A stretch of 64,000 nucleotides of DNA from NCBI GenBank assembly GCA_023213395.1, contig CM041465.1:229593741-229657740 (forward strand), read 5' to 3'. Below, in pieces: positions 25,950 through 39,722 of the stretch. Below the pieces are notes generated by a model. The model saw only the letters and a list, made by a program, of their open reading frames with translations, was not told the DNA's origin and ran no database searches. The translations under genes and the position numbers were made by a program. Origin of the DNA: Cycas panzhihuaensis (lineage: Eukaryota > Plantae > Cycadophyta). Position 1 is the stretch's first letter. Every line of letters begins with the position of its first letter.

Positions 25950-28860
25950 TCATAATGGTCGCACATCCCATGTTGGTTGAGTCGTTATAATAACGGTCGT
26001 GCTTCTGACTTGTACCTTAATCTGATTTGATAACCTACTCCTTAGGTTTCTATGCTCTTTTCTTTTTTTTTTATATTTATAAAGCTTCAATCTATTGCCA
26101 TTGACGAGTTTGGTCAATGGCTTACCGTCTAATTGTTCCAATTTCACTGCTCCATTTTCGTAAATGCGATTGACCTTATAAGGTCCCAGCCATCTTATTT
26201 TCATTTTTCCTAGTTTTATTCTAAATTTACTATCGTATAATAAAACCAAGTCATTTACCTTATACTATGGAACCTTCAAGTGTTAGTCGTGCCAGGCTTT
26301 TCTCCTTGCTCTTTTGGCCTATAATTCCCATAAAGCTCTGGCTCATTCCTCGTCCAATTTCAGCAATTGGATTAATTGTTGATTGTAGGAATCTCCTTCT
26401 CTGAGCTTGACTTGTTGTGCCACCTAAAAACTTTCAGCTTGAAACTCCAGGGGGACACTGCTTATACAAGTTGAAAAGGTGTACGCTTATGAGGTCGTTT
26501 CCTCATTGTCCTATTTGCCCACAAGACCGAATGCAGTCTATTCGCCCAGTCTGTACGATCAACATTGCAAATCTTCATTAAGGCAGTCTTTAAAATTTTA
26601 TTAGTACTTTCCACTTGCTTGATTGCTTTCGGATAGTATGGTGAAGTTTTTCCATGCTGAATCAGAAATTCCGTTGTAAGATACTTGATGGTTTGATTTA
26701 GGAAACTACCTCCTTGGTCGGATACTATTTCTAGTGGACAACCAAACCGTAATATAATTACTTCATATAAGAATTAGGCGGTGCTTCTGGCATCGCATTG
26801 CTTTATGTGTTTTGCCTCGGTCCATTTAGTGACAAAATCTGTGGCTGCCAAGATATACCGGGCATTAGTTCTTCTACTTGGGGGACTAATTGGTCCCACA
26901 AACTCCAGTCCCCATTTCTCGAATGGAGCTCTAGCTAAAATCGGATGCAAAGGTAAGTAATTATCCATGGAAGGCTTACTTGTTCACTAACATATATCGC
27001 AGGTTTTTACCTATTTTTTTGAGTCTTCAAACAAGGTTGGCCACCATAAGGCTGCCAATAGCACTTTTCTTGTAGTTGCCTCACTCCTGTGATGGGCAGA
27101 TGTCCTTCATCAGCTTCCCTAAGTACGGCCTGCGCTTCATGTTCCATAATGCATCTTCTTAGTACCTCATCAAGTCCTAATTTGTAAAGCATCCCCCTTA
27201 CTAGCTAAAATGGAAATGCTTTTCTAATAAAACGTTTTCTTTCAACTCTGTCTAATCCCTTCGGTGTTTGTCTTGCTACCAAATATTCGGCAATACCTTC
27301 ATACCAGGAGGGAATGGCTTCAATTGCAAATAATTTGTGATCCGAAAAGTCATCTGCTACCCCTGCTTCCGCTTCTTCTTCTTTAATTCTGGAAAGTTGA
27401 TTTGGTACAATATGTTTTTCGCCTTTCTTAACTATAATCTAAAACATGAATTCCTAGAAAAATAAAAGCCAACGATCGATCCTTCCTTGTAGAATTGGCT
27501 TATTGATCAAATATTGCAGGCCTGATGATCTAGAAAGAACACAAAGGGATAAGCTAATAGGTAATGCCTGAATTTCTACAGGGCATATACTATCCCTAAT
27601 CCCTCTCTTTCTATAACAGTATAATTCCCTTCAGTTGGAGTCAGTTTCCTACTTGCAAATGCAATAGGAAGGTCCACTTTTCTTTCTATTGGTTGAGCCA
27701 AAACACATCCAATGGCATACAACGAGGCATCTACAAGAACATGGAAGGGCTTATTCCAATATGGAAATCTCAATACAGGTGCTTCAGCTATTTTCCTTTT
27801 TAAGAGGTCAAGCTAATTTCAGTGTCCAATTCCAGGCCATTGTTTTCTTCAATAACATCTCGATGGGCGATATGAGCATACCCCCATACGAACTTACAAT
27901 AGTATCCAGTCATTCTCGAAATCCCTTCAAAATTTTTGTGTTTTGTGGTACAGGAAAATTTAAGATTACTGCAACTTTTGTTGGATCTATGAGCATTCCT
28001 TCTTTCACAACTATATGACCCACTAGCAATCCAAAGGGTACTATAAAGGTAAAATTTTCTGGATTCAGGCATAGCTTGCTTTTCTTGTAGATTTCTAGCA
28101 TCAATCTTAAATTATTCAGATGGTTCTTCAGTAAGCCATAAAGAGTCCAATCATCCAAAAAAACCTCTATTGTTTTTCCTATCATATTTCAAAAGATATT
28201 CAAAATAACTTTGAAATATAGCAGGTGTGTTTGTAAGCCCAAATGGCATTACTCTATATACATACGTTCCCCACTCTGTTACAAAAGTGGTCTTCAGCTA
28301 GTCCTCAGGTGCTATTTGAACCTGATTATAGCCACCGAATCCATCTGTAAAGAAGAAAATTTTATGTCCAACAACTTATTCAAGCACGTCTTTTGCGAAC
28401 AATATGGGGAAGGAGTCCCTTTTCGTGGCTTTGTTCAAAGCCCTATAATCTACACAAACTCTTAACTTCCCATTCTTTTTTGGCACAACCACAACCAGGC
28501 TAACTCATTTGTTGTTTTCTACCTCAAAAATATATCCCGCATCTAAAAGCTTATCCAATTTAGCTTTTACCTGTTCTTTATATTTCGAATTCATCTGATA
28601 GGGTCTCTGTCTAACTGGTTTAGTGTTTTCCATCAGCTCGATCTTATGCTCCCCGAGTTCTAGGGGAATTCCTTTTTAAGTCCTTATAGGACCATGCAAT
28701 ACACAATAAAGAGTATTGTTGCTTGCTGGATTATATCTTGTTGCCAGTAATCTCCTATAGTGATTAATTTGGATTCCTCTTCTAATCCAATATTGATTTT
28801 TTTCAACTTGAGATCCTTCCCTTATACTGCTTTTCTATCAGATTTTAGCTCATACGCAGG
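25950..28860 (-). pseudogene. pol: F RT, RNase H and integrase
   Basis: EVFLDDW, FHVLVDASLYAIG, EREGLG, FEKWGLEFVGP, RWLGPY...VNGNRLKLY. Confidence 0.92.
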
Positions 28861-29029
28861 GGTTTAACAAATTTCCCTTTGTTCATATTCCAAACTAGAA
28901 TAAGTTGAGGGAAAGTTCCTTATTTCTTCCTCCTCCTGCAGTTGAATTTCTTGTTTCTGTACTTGATAACAAACTCTCATTGGATCTATGACTATTTCTT
29001 TCATGGTTGTCAATACTCTATGAATTGAC

Positions 29030-29400
29030 TCAGTGGGACTACCAAATGAGAAAGTATGTACAAAATTTTTAACTGCTTCTTCCCAGTCCCAACTTCCTTC
29101 GTGCCTTCTTTCTTCCATTAGGTACCAAACAAGACTAGTTCTTGTCAGGGTTATGGGTAGTTGGTGTACCCATTCCCTTTTTGGTCTTTGTTCTTATTTC
29201 CAAATCACCATACAATTTTGAATGTGTTTTCCTAGATCAACATTAAATAGAGGTAGCCTTTTATCTTGTTTTCAGAAGCGGATTAAAAATAAATTCATCA
29301 TTTCTTTCCAGTTAGAAAACTAGTTTTTATGTGCTTTAAACCAATTCCAAGCTTGTCCATTTAAATTTAAAGGAAACAAATACAAGCAATCAACTTTTTT
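29030..29400 (-). other. Two tandem Gag-capsid-like motifs between protease and RT of F
   Basis: LFPLNLNGQAWNWF..NWKEMMNLFLIRF and QLPITLTRTSLVWYL..WDWEEAVKNFVHTF resemble the Retrotrans_gag L.G.A..W.....W..L...F...F pattern. Confidence 0.6.
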
Positions 29401-29659
29401 TATTTTTAAAAAATTCAGCAAAATTTTTTACATGTCCTTCTGCTTTTCCCCTTATTTTCCAAAATTGAGGTAAAACCCCGAATCCCTCTGAATTACCTGG
29501 ACATTCTTCAATCCTTTTGATCTTAACTTCACTTGCTTTGTTTGAATCATCTTTATTTGTTGTCGAGCATTCTATTTTTGCTTCTTCTTCTTAACTGTCT
29601 TGGCACAGTTCCAATCAATAACAGCATGTTGTTTCTTCTCTCGTTCCTTCCCAAGCTGT

Positions 29660-31927
29660 CTACAACCAATCCAGCATATATGTTGACGAAGCTTCATTGG
29701 GAATGTGTGACAGGGTTCTTAGGGCTTGAAATGTTGTTTCCGAACAGGCGCTTGTTGTAGTTGTCGGTGATGCAGTTGTAACTGAAGTCGTATCCATGTC
29801 TTCTACTTTTTCAATCTGCGGTCCGTCTGAACAAAGTGGAAGTACTACTCTTTTACCTGTTGCATATAATGTAAACGTCAATTTCCCCCAATCTTGTAGG
29901 GCTTTAGTTGCCAGCAACCATGGCCTCCCTAGGAGTGTTGGATATGTTTTTCTATGATTCTGCATCTTTACCACTATGAAATCCAAGCATACCATGATGC
30001 CTGCAACTGCCACTAGTACACTTAATAATGTACCCATTGGTTGGACTTGCAATTGAATTGCCAGCCTTATAGAATAATCTGGGGAAACCATGTCAGGCCA
30101 TCCCAGAGAAATCCAAGTTGTCTTAGGGAGAACATTTACTCCTGAGCTGCCGTCCATAATTGTTTTACAAATTGTTGTTCCAAAAATAGTCATTGGAACT
30201 CTTGGATCAATGGCATTAGTCCTCAAAGCCCACAATACTAGTTTTTCAATCTAGTCTAGTACTGCTTCCTGGAAATATCCAACCTCCCACCATTTGAAAA
30301 TGACAGCAATGGGAATTGAAATTCCCAATTCCAGTAAGAGGTCCTTCATTGCCTACAATCTTTGCTAGGGATTTGGCTATGACTACTCTCCTTGAAATGT
30401 CAATCTCCTCTTATACACTCACCCTTTAAATCCATTTGCATGATTCATTTCTTTTTGCTAGTTAATCTTCATAGCTTCTTGAAGGGCTTGTACTGCTTCC
30501 TAGAGCCTCTTTTTCTCTACTGCAAGGTCTGGGAAACTGTCTGTTATCGGTGTAGAATTTGTCTTACCACTTCTTGTTTGCACATATACTGGTTGTTCTA
30601 CGTCTGGTATTCGTGTCGCAAGGTTGGAAGTCTATACCTTTGAGTTGGGATTCTTCAGACAATTATTCCATTCGTGGTCTCCTAGAGCACATTCTTCACA
30701 AACATACTCCCTTTCTTGTTTTTGCAACAGCCAATCTGCCCAATAATGACCCCATTTAGAACATAGATGACACCACACAGGCTTCGTTTTCCCCTTATAT
30801 TGCTTAAAAGAATTTCATTCTAGCTTCTAATAAAATGAATCTCGTACCTCATTCTGTGGTGTCTTATAGTAACATTCTCGGGTATTATGATTACCTCGCC
30901 TACAAATTTCACACCATCTCTTTTCCAGAACATTTTGATGTTCATTCCTTATATGTCTAGCTTGACCACAAGGTAGGGCACACCACACAGTCTCCTGCTT
31001 CTTTTCCAATTTTAATTTAGCCAATTTTGATCTTAATTGCTCGATTTCTTGGCTTCATTGCATTGCCAAAGGAAGAGATACTAGAGGCTATTGTTTTAAA
31101 GCTTCGATCTCTCTTTTTAAAGCTTCCAATTCTAGGTTCATCCCCATTTGTGGTAAAGAATTTACTGTTGTTTGTCCCAGTATTTGAAACTTTGATCCCC
31201 TTTGAAATTCTAGCTGCAAATACCCCATTTTCATTTGATTTTCAAATTTTAAAGCTAATTCCTTTACTTGTCCATAACTATTCATCGGATGTAAAATTAC
31301 CTTCTCTTTCAATTGAGGCAAACGTCCTGAAACAAAGTATTTTAGAGACAGCATAGGATTTATTGGGGTTGAGGGATCCATTTTATACATAATTATTCTC
31401 AATCTACCATCAAAATCATTTACTGACTCACTTGGAACTTGTTGAATTTCTCTAAGGCTTGAAATATTGCCATTGAATTTCGTAGCCTTTGAAATCTATC
31501 CAGAAACTGTCTGGATTATATCCCATGTTGGGTTTGCAGCCGAAATGTACTGGTACCAAGCGATTACAACTCCTCTTAGTGTTGAAAACAATCGAGCCTT
31601 GATTTCTTCTAGGTCTCGAATTCTTTTTATTTTTAACATGTTAGAAAAGACTGCCAAATGGTCTCCTGGATCGCTTGAACTGTCAAACTGCAAATGTCCA
31701 AATGCAACATCATTTTGAATAATAACATATGGGGGATTCAATTGATTTCCTCCTATCACATTGCTTTGTGTTGAATTCATTGAACCAATTGGGATTGATC
31801 CACTCTGTGATGCCAGAATTGGTCCACTCTGCAAATTTTTATTTGCATTTCCTATGGGAATCGTTGAACTCGTTCCTCCTCCGGAGAGAATTCCCACATT
31901 AGCGGGAGGTCCATTTGTGCTCTCCAT
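29660..31927 (-). pseudogene. gag: F gag and aspartic protease
   Basis: FSTLRGVVIAWY...TWDII gag core, CEICRRGNHNTREC knuckle, IMDGSSGVNVL...LLGRPWL protease. Confidence 0.85.
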
Positions 31928-32502
31928 TTGCCCTGGGCTACCTCATGAAAATATGGAGTTATTTAATATTTCAGCCATCTTATTAAACAAGGGGTTTACA
32001 ACACGAGAATTGGAGTCTTTGATTTCCAAGATATGGCAATCCCACCCTGTAGTGGTGCTACTGTATATATCAAATTTTGTTGCTTTGCCTCCTCTTCTAT
32101 CTTCCTAATTTTCTTGACAATCTTTTTCTTTTCTTAAGTCTTTGTCCTTTGCACACCTTTGACGCGTTTTTGCTTCATCTTCCTCAACTTCTAGTTGGGT
32201 CTCGACTGGTTGTTCTTCCACTGCTTCATCTTCCTTTAACCCACTTTCTTCATCTCGTTTCCCCAAGGTCAAACTTTTCTCCTATTCACGCTTTGCAAGC
32301 TATCTTCTCTTCCCCTGCTTCTTCTCTACGGATTCCTTTGGTTTGTAGATTTCGTCTTGAAGCCTTTCAATCTCCCAATGTTGACCTCACTCCTGTCTTG
32401 TCTCTGTTTTCCTTCCAAAATTAACTCTCGGTGGCATGGACAGGTCACTCCTATGCCCTTATTCTTGGACACTCATTCCTTCACCTCCCAAGATTCAATA
32501 AT

Positions 32503-32516
32503 CGGCAACGAAACCA
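32503..32516 (-). promoter_or_regulatory. PBS of F, best fit tRNA-Glu
   Basis: Minus strand TGGTTTCGTTGCCG vs complement of the plant tRNA-Glu 3' end TGGTTCCGTTGCCG (recalled; 1 wobble). Confidence 0.6.
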
Positions 32517-32693
32517 ATGTGTGTCGGCTAATCTATCCTTGATAGTTCATGAAAAGTTACAACAGAATAGACAGCATAGAATCATCATTGAGCATGAAAA
32601 CCAATCTTCATTATGAGAGGGCCCTACATCTGATCCTCTCACAACCAGACATAGGCCGAGGCAGGGTATAGGAAAAAAGCCACAATATAGACA

Positions 32694-35600
32694 TGTAACG
32701 GTTCTCTCACCCAAAAACCAGAAATAAGGCAGAACTGAGCTCAATTTCACAAATAATAGAACACAAACTAGCAACTATGTATACAAGAGTACAATACAGA
32801 TGAATATCTCCAGATATAAATCAATTACAAGCGCCAAATATGATGCCAAATAGATATTAAAAATACAAATAGGAGTTCCAGAATTACCAACACAACCTAG
32901 AATAATCACCAAGCCCTTCGAGGCAGAAATCCTCCTCAAAAATGCAGCCCTAAGGCCAAAAATCTACAACAGCCTTAAAGCTGAAATTGAGAAGGAATAC
33001 TTCACAAAATGATGATAGGAAGAACCCCCAAAGAGCCCTATTTATAGGCACTCAAACTGGGACTTAATGAGATCAACCAGAACATGAAGAGTTGTGCCCT
33101 AAATAGCCTCAAGAAGTCGGCCACCGCAAGTATATAGAGGTTGGCCAAACTCTTAATGGGGTTGCTTCACATCCCCCCCCCCTTGAGACTGTGCTTTGCC
33201 CTCAAAGCACTGGTAGGTTCAAAAATTGCTTTATCCATTCATTGTTTTCCCATGTGGCATCTTCGTCGTCTAGGTTTTTCCATTTGATCAAGTGTTCTAT
33301 GATTTGTCTGGACTTGAGAGATGCAGTGCGGTTTCTGAGTTCATCGGTTCCAACGTCATTTTTCCTTGTTCGTTGAGCTCCGAGATGTTGGACTGAGGTA
33401 CTATTTTATCTCCAACCTTCTTTTTTAGATAGGTAACATGAAAGATGTTATGAATTTTTGCACCTTCTGGGAGCCTTGACCGATATGCGACTTCACCTAT
33501 TTTAGCAGTGACTTCGTATGGCTCAAAATACCTAGGTGCAAGTTTTTGGTTGCTTATTTTCTATAAGGAAACCTATTTGTATGGTTGTAGACGCAAAAAA
33601 AACCAGTCGCTTGCTTCGAATTGTCTTTCAGAGCACTTCAAATCAGATTGTTGCTTCATCCTATTTTATGCCATCACTAAATTATCTTTCAATCTGCTAA
33701 TGGTTTCCTCTACTTGCTTCTAATATTCTTGAACCGCCTGGACCCATGACGGTCTATTCCAAGTTAATAAGGATGGTGGTTGGTATCCATATAGGGCTTA
33801 GAAAGGCGTCATCTTTGTTGAGGAGTGGTAGGTGGTGTTGTACCACCATTCTTCTAAGTGCAACCATCGATGCCATTGTTTTTGTCTATCTAAGCAGAAG
33901 TTCCTCAAGTATCCTTCTAAGCATTTATTCACAATTTCCATTTACCCATTTGTTTGTGGGTGATATGCTGTGCTCATCTTGAGTTTTGTACTGGTGAATT
34001 TAAAAAGATCTTGCCAAAATTTGTTGGTAAACTTTGGATCACGGTCACTTACAATTGCACTTGGAAAACCATGTAGACAATGGATCTCCTTCATGTATAA
34101 TTTTGTGACTTCACTGGCTTTAGCTATAGATTTCAACCCTCTGAAGTGGCCATATTTAGTAAGACGATCTACCATGACTAGAATTGCATCCTTCCCTTCT
34201 CAACAAGGTAATCCTATTATGAAGTCCATAGATATCTCGTCCCATTTTTGTTCCAGAATTGGTAATGGTTGGAGTAACCCTCGCGTTTTTATGCATTCGA
34301 TCTTGTTCCTTTGATAAGTATCTCATTCTGCCACAAACTTCTGAACATCTGTTTTTAATCCTTTCCAATAAAAAGGAGCTCTTACCTTTCTATATGTCTT
34401 GTCGATCCTCGTGTGGCCTGCTATAGGTGTAGAGTGAGCTTGCTATAATACTATCTCTTTCAGCGAAGATTTTCTTGGAATGCAAATATTTCCCTTCCTA
34501 AGTATTATTCTTTGTTGTATTTCATACAGGTCAGGTTTGTCCTTGCTTGTTTTATCTATCAACTGCTTGTATCTTGGATCGTTGTTATACTCCTTTCTTA
34601 GTGTCTTATGCCATGCAGGGGTAGCCACTGAGATTGTCTGTAATGCTAGTTGCTTGTGAGGTTACTCTAGGATCCTTGAGAGGGCATCTACTATGACATT
34701 TTCTTTACTCTTTTTGTATACAATAGTAAAGTCAAATCACTGTAATTTTCTCAACCACTTTTGTTGTTTGTCTAACAGTGTCTTTTGACTTGAGAAATAC
34801 TTGAGGCTATCGTGATCCGTTCGTACCTGAAATGGGCTCCCGAGCAAATATTGTCTTCACTGATGGATTGTGTGCATTAAGCTAGAATCTCCTTGTCGTA
34901 AGTGGGTTTTAACTTTTCTCTGTTGTTCATCTTCCTACTTTCGTATGCTATAGGTCTTTCATCTTGTAATAAGATGGCTCCTATGAGAAACCCTAATGCA
35001 TCGCACTCCAAAATGAATGGTTTTGAAAAATCTAGAATTTCTAGGACTAGAGCTCTTACCAGTGCGCCCTTTAGTACTTCAAAAGCATTGTTGGCCATTG
35101 AATTCCATTGAAATGCATCCTTCTTGGTTAGGTCCGTAAGTAGGGCCGCTATGTTGGCGTATCCTTTTATGAATTTCCTGAGGTATCCTGCTATTACCAA
35201 GAAACTGCGAACTCTCGTGACATTCTTTGGTGTAGGCCAATTTACGATAGCTTGGACCTTCTTGGGATCAACTTTGGTTCCTTCTAGGGTAATTATATGA
35301 CCGAGGTATTCTAGTTCCTATTGGCCAAAAGAGCTTTTTTCTTGTTTGCAAAGAATAATCTATTTGCTAAAATTTCCAAGACTAATCGAAGATGCACCAA
35401 ATGCTCGCTCCAGGTTTTGTTGTAAATCAGAATGTCATAAAAAAAGATTAGTATAAATTTCCTTAAGAGTTCCTTGATTGTCGAGTTCAGGGTGGCCTGG
35501 AATGTTGCCGGAGCGTTGGTCAGTCCAAAAGGCATCAGTTTGAATTCGAATAGCCCTTCATGCATTCAGAAGTTTGTTTTGTGAACATCTTCTTCTTTTA

Positions 35601-37998
35601 TTTGAATCTGATGGTAGCCTGACCAGAGGTCGATCTTGGAGAAATATTTTGCCCCATGTATCTCGTCTAACAAGTCGTCGATCCTGGGGATAGGATATCT
35701 ATTCTTTATAGTTAACTTATTTAGTCCTCTGTAATCCACGCACATCTTGATTGTTCCATCCTTCTTGGGGCTGATTACAACTGGGGATGCAAATAGACTT
35801 ATACTACTCTGAATGTGGCCCTGTGAAAGTAAATCTCTTGTTATGTTTTCAATCTCCTTCCTCATGTGGTACGGATGCCTGTATGGCCTTATGTTCACTG
35901 ATGTGGCTCTTAGGACTAAATCAATAGCATGCCGAGTTTCTCTCAATGGGGTAAATCCCTTCGGCTCTTCAAATACTTATTTGTAGTCATCCAAAATGTG
36001 TTGGATCTCCGTTGATATTTCTTGGATTTCGACTTTGTGGCATGAGACTATGTATGTAGGAGCTTTCTTTCGCATGATCTTCTCCATTCTATGGGAAGAC
36101 GCTAGTTGCATTAGTGGATTTTTTGGTCCACATAATATGTATTTTGTGCCATTTATTCGGAAGCACATAACCCTATTCATATAGTTGGTGACTATATTCC
36201 CTAATGTTTGCAACCACTGTACCCCTAGAACTACATCGACTCCACCTATCTGCATTGCAAACATATTAGAATTCAAAGGGTATTCACCGATTTTCAAGTT
36301 GATGTTTCTGCAAAACTCTCCGTAAGGCATTGTTTTTCTGTTAGAAATTGATACTTAGAAGGTTTTCAATGGCTCCACCTTTAATCCTAGCTTCTAGGCT
36401 ATTGGGTTGTTAATAAAGTTGTGGGTGCTCCCACTATCCACCATTATTGCTATTAGAGCTCCTTCCAGCATCCCTTCGAATCATAATGTCTAAGGCACAG
36501 TACTTTATCCCGTTATGGCTTGCAAAGAGATCTGAACATTCTTTGTATCGACTTCAAGTAATTCATCCAGCTTGGCTTTGATTTGTTCATTGTTATCTTC
36601 CTGATATGGGACTACGTCTTCTTCCACTTGTTTTGGTATCTCTAATTCTTCATTACTTAGCATGAATACCTTTTTTCCCGGACACTGGTGCTCCTGATTC
36701 CACTTTCCTCCGCATTTGAAACAAGTACCTTTCTTCATGTGTTCTTCTCACGTAAGATTTTCCATCGTACTCTTGATTGCAAGAGGGGCATCTGACTTAA
36801 CTCCTGACCTATTCTAGTTCATGTTAGGTGGTGGTGCAAATTTTGTTCTGTGTACATAGGTTGAACTGGTTTCTTTGAGTTCATCTTCGACACATCTGGC
36901 ATGCTTTATGATTTCTTCCAATGCTTTGTGTTGTTGTACTAATACACGAAATCTAATGGGTTCCTTAAGACTGCTTATATAGGTCTTCATGAGACATTCC
37001 TGGGGGATGCTTGATGTAATCATGCATTGTAGCCTCTGAAATTGTTCCATATATTCTCAGACTAATTCGGTCTGTTGTAGCCTTGTCAGTTAAGTGAAAT
37101 AATCCATGGCCCATGAATCTTCATATTAGTTGATAATAACCATTCGGAAGTTTCTCCATTCTTGTTCCTATGGTCCTTGCATCTTTTTCGACCAATAATA
37201 CCAATTTAAGGCTCGTCCATAAAGATGTAGAGAGGCGATGGGAACCATATCTGTCTCTGGTGTCTAGTTTGTTGTAAAATATGTTTCCATCTAGAGTATC
37301 CATACTCTTATGTCACATGTCTTTTCCGGATCAAACTTTTCCAGTGCGATCTTCATGTTTGTTGGAATTCCTTGTGATTTTATGTTCCTTTGTTGAAATA
37401 TGAATCCTTCTTTAGACCTACCTCCCTGGTTCCTTTGGTCTAAGTCTTGATCTGAATCCTGATTTTGTTCTATTTTAGGATGGGTTATCTCTTGCTTTTC
37501 TAACCTCACATTAGAACAAAGCTTTGATACCACTTGTAATGGTTCTCTCATCCAAAAACTAGAAATAAGACAAATCTGAGCTCAATTTCACAAATAATAG
37601 AACACAAACTGGCAACTCTGTATACAAAAGTACAATATAGATGAATATCTCCAAATATAAATCAAATACAAGTGCCAAATAGATACAAAAAATACAAATA
37701 GGAGTTCCTAAATTACCAACACAACTTGCAATAATCACCAAGCCCTTCGAGGCGGGGATCCTCCTCAGAAATGCAGCCCTAGGGCCAAAAAATTATAGTA
37801 ACCTTAAAGCCGAAATTGAGAAAGAATACTTCACAAAATGATGATAGGCGGAACCCCCAAAGATCCCTATTTATAGGCGCTCAAACTGGGACTTAAGGAG
37901 GTCAACCAAAACATGAAGAGTTGTGCCTCGAATAGCTTCAAGAAGTCGGCCATAGCAAGTATATAGAGGTTAGCCAAGCTCTTAATGGGGTCGCTTCA
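32694..37998 (-). mobile_element. Ty3/gypsy chromovirus H (Reina-like, 5.3 kb) inserted in F's 5' LTR
   Basis: LTRs 32694-33169 and 37535-37998, perfect TSD AGACA, tRNA-Met PBS 37521-37532, G-run PPT, chromodomain HLIKWKNLDDEDATWE reaching the PPT. Confidence 0.95.
33185..37500 (-). pseudogene. gag-pol: H gag-pol (decayed)
   Basis: LEKFDPEK gag, [47 protein letters not shown]. Confidence 0.93.
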
Positions 37999-38200
37999 AG
38001 ACAGCTAGAAAAGAGGAACGACAACACACACGCACATATACTACATTTTACAGAATACAGCTAATTTATTTAGCCTTTTCAGTTACATTCGGTATATACA
38101 GTTATAACAATAACGATTCAACCTTAACCGACTAATTTGTGTTGTTGGATTACAACTCGATTAGATCTAATCAAAACTAATTACACCAATCATTGAAGTT

Positions 38201-38436
38201 GGTCGCACTTATAACTGTTCTTGGTCGCACTTGTAGTCGCGTCTGGTCGTACCCGGTCGCACCTGCGGTCCATCTAGTCATACCTGGCCGCACTTGATCA
38301 CACCTACAATTGCATATGGTCGCACCTGGTTGCACCTACAATCCATCTGGTGGCACCCGGTTGCACCTGCAATAGCATCTAGTCGTAATTGGTTGCACCT
38401 GCAGTCACGTATGGTCGCATTTGGTTGTGCCTGCAC
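38201..38436. repeat. Degenerate array of about 10-bp units (GGTCGCACCT-like) in the F LTR; sister array 19073-19125 plus 23775-23942 split by G
   Basis: Many GGTCGCAC/GTTGCACC units in both LTRs. Confidence 0.85.
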
Positions 38437-38495
38437 ACCTATTACTACAAAATTCTGAATTATTGAGTGTGCTTATTTTCTCTACACACAACACG

Positions 38496-39600
38496 TTCTC
38501 GGTATCCACTTCCAAAAGTTGGTCTACTTCAACTTCTTCTTTTAGCGCTTGCTCAATCTCTTCTTCTTCTGGAATATCCTCGTCTTTGTTGTTAATCATG
38601 AGAACCTTTTTTGCTGGGCACTAGTGTTCTTGATTCCATTATCCCCTGGACGTGAAGCATGTCCACTTTTTGAGATGTCCAACTCTCAGTATTCCATTCA
38701 TATCATTCTAATGGTGGGCCCTCCTTTGTACCTGACTTTATCCAATTTGGGTTTGACCCTTGGTGTTTATATGTATTTGGCTCATATTTGTGTGTAAATG
38801 TTGGTTGGCTCTCCTTGAATTCTACTTCGATGTTTTTGACCAATTTAATCATGTGTTGAATATTTATTGGACTCATGGACTTGATGTGGAACCTAATTGG
38901 TCCCTTTAAGTCACTGATATAAGTTTTCCTGATACATTTCGCCAGTATTGTCTCTGAAATAAGACATTGAAGTCCTTGAAATTGCTCTGTGTATTCCTAT
39001 ACTGATCCTATTTGCTATAGCCATGTTAGTTAGGCGAAGTAGTTTGTGTTCCATGAGTCTTCGTACTGATTAATCAATCCCCTTTTTAAATAGTCCCAAG
39101 ATCCTTGGACCCCTGCGTTCATCTTCTTCCACCAATAGAACCATTGTAATGCCCTTCCATATAAGTGAAGTGTTGTTGTTGAGATCTTATCCTTGTCTAA
39201 TCCATAAACCTGAAATATGTCTCCATCTGTAATAACCAACATCTGATGTCCCTCGATCTATCTGGATCGAACTTTTCTAATGAATGTTTGGTTCCTTTGA
39301 GTCCATGATCCGTCTTTGTGTTTTTCGATCCTCTTCTCTCAAATGTTATCCCTTTGTATTTGTTGGGATTTTCTTGGTTGATGGGTTCATCCTGGGTGTC
39401 ATATTCACCAAGCTTCTCTATGCCCAATGAATCTCCTTCTTCCATGGTTATCTCATATCTATGAAACTGAGGAGTCTCTCTGAAGGTTTTCATCCACTCT
39501 GTTATTTGCTTTGCAAAACTTTATGTTGTTGTTCAATTCATCTAGCTTCTCGTTTGTCCCCTTAGTCTGATTTGGCACCTGATTCACCATCTTGTTCGTT
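38496..39600 (-). pseudogene. gag: B gag
   Basis: HSLEKFDPDRSRDIR, LHLYGRALQWFYWW; same family as 50582-51061. Confidence 0.88.
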
Positions 39601-39722
39601 AGGCTTTTTCTTGACCTAGGTTCCGTTTCAAAAAGGGGGGGGAGGGGGGCAAGGAAATTTGATTACTAATTTTTACCGCTTCCCTCTGAATTCTCGCTTT
39701 GAAATGAAGCTTTGATACCACT

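Larger units (their letters stand above)
18703..38490 (-). mobile_element. Non-chromovirus Ty3/gypsy element F (about 9.8 kb net) with extra domains; both LTRs interrupted
   Basis: LTRs 18703-24000 (split by G) and 32518-38490 (split by H), TGTGTG..CACACA termini, perfect TSD ACACG, PBS 32503-32516, PPT-like GCGAGAGAGA next to 24001. Confidence 0.9.

Noticed and set aside
38201-38436. CRISPR-like array
   Set aside because: Eukaryotic context; degenerate 10-bp units without unique spacers, present in both LTRs of F.
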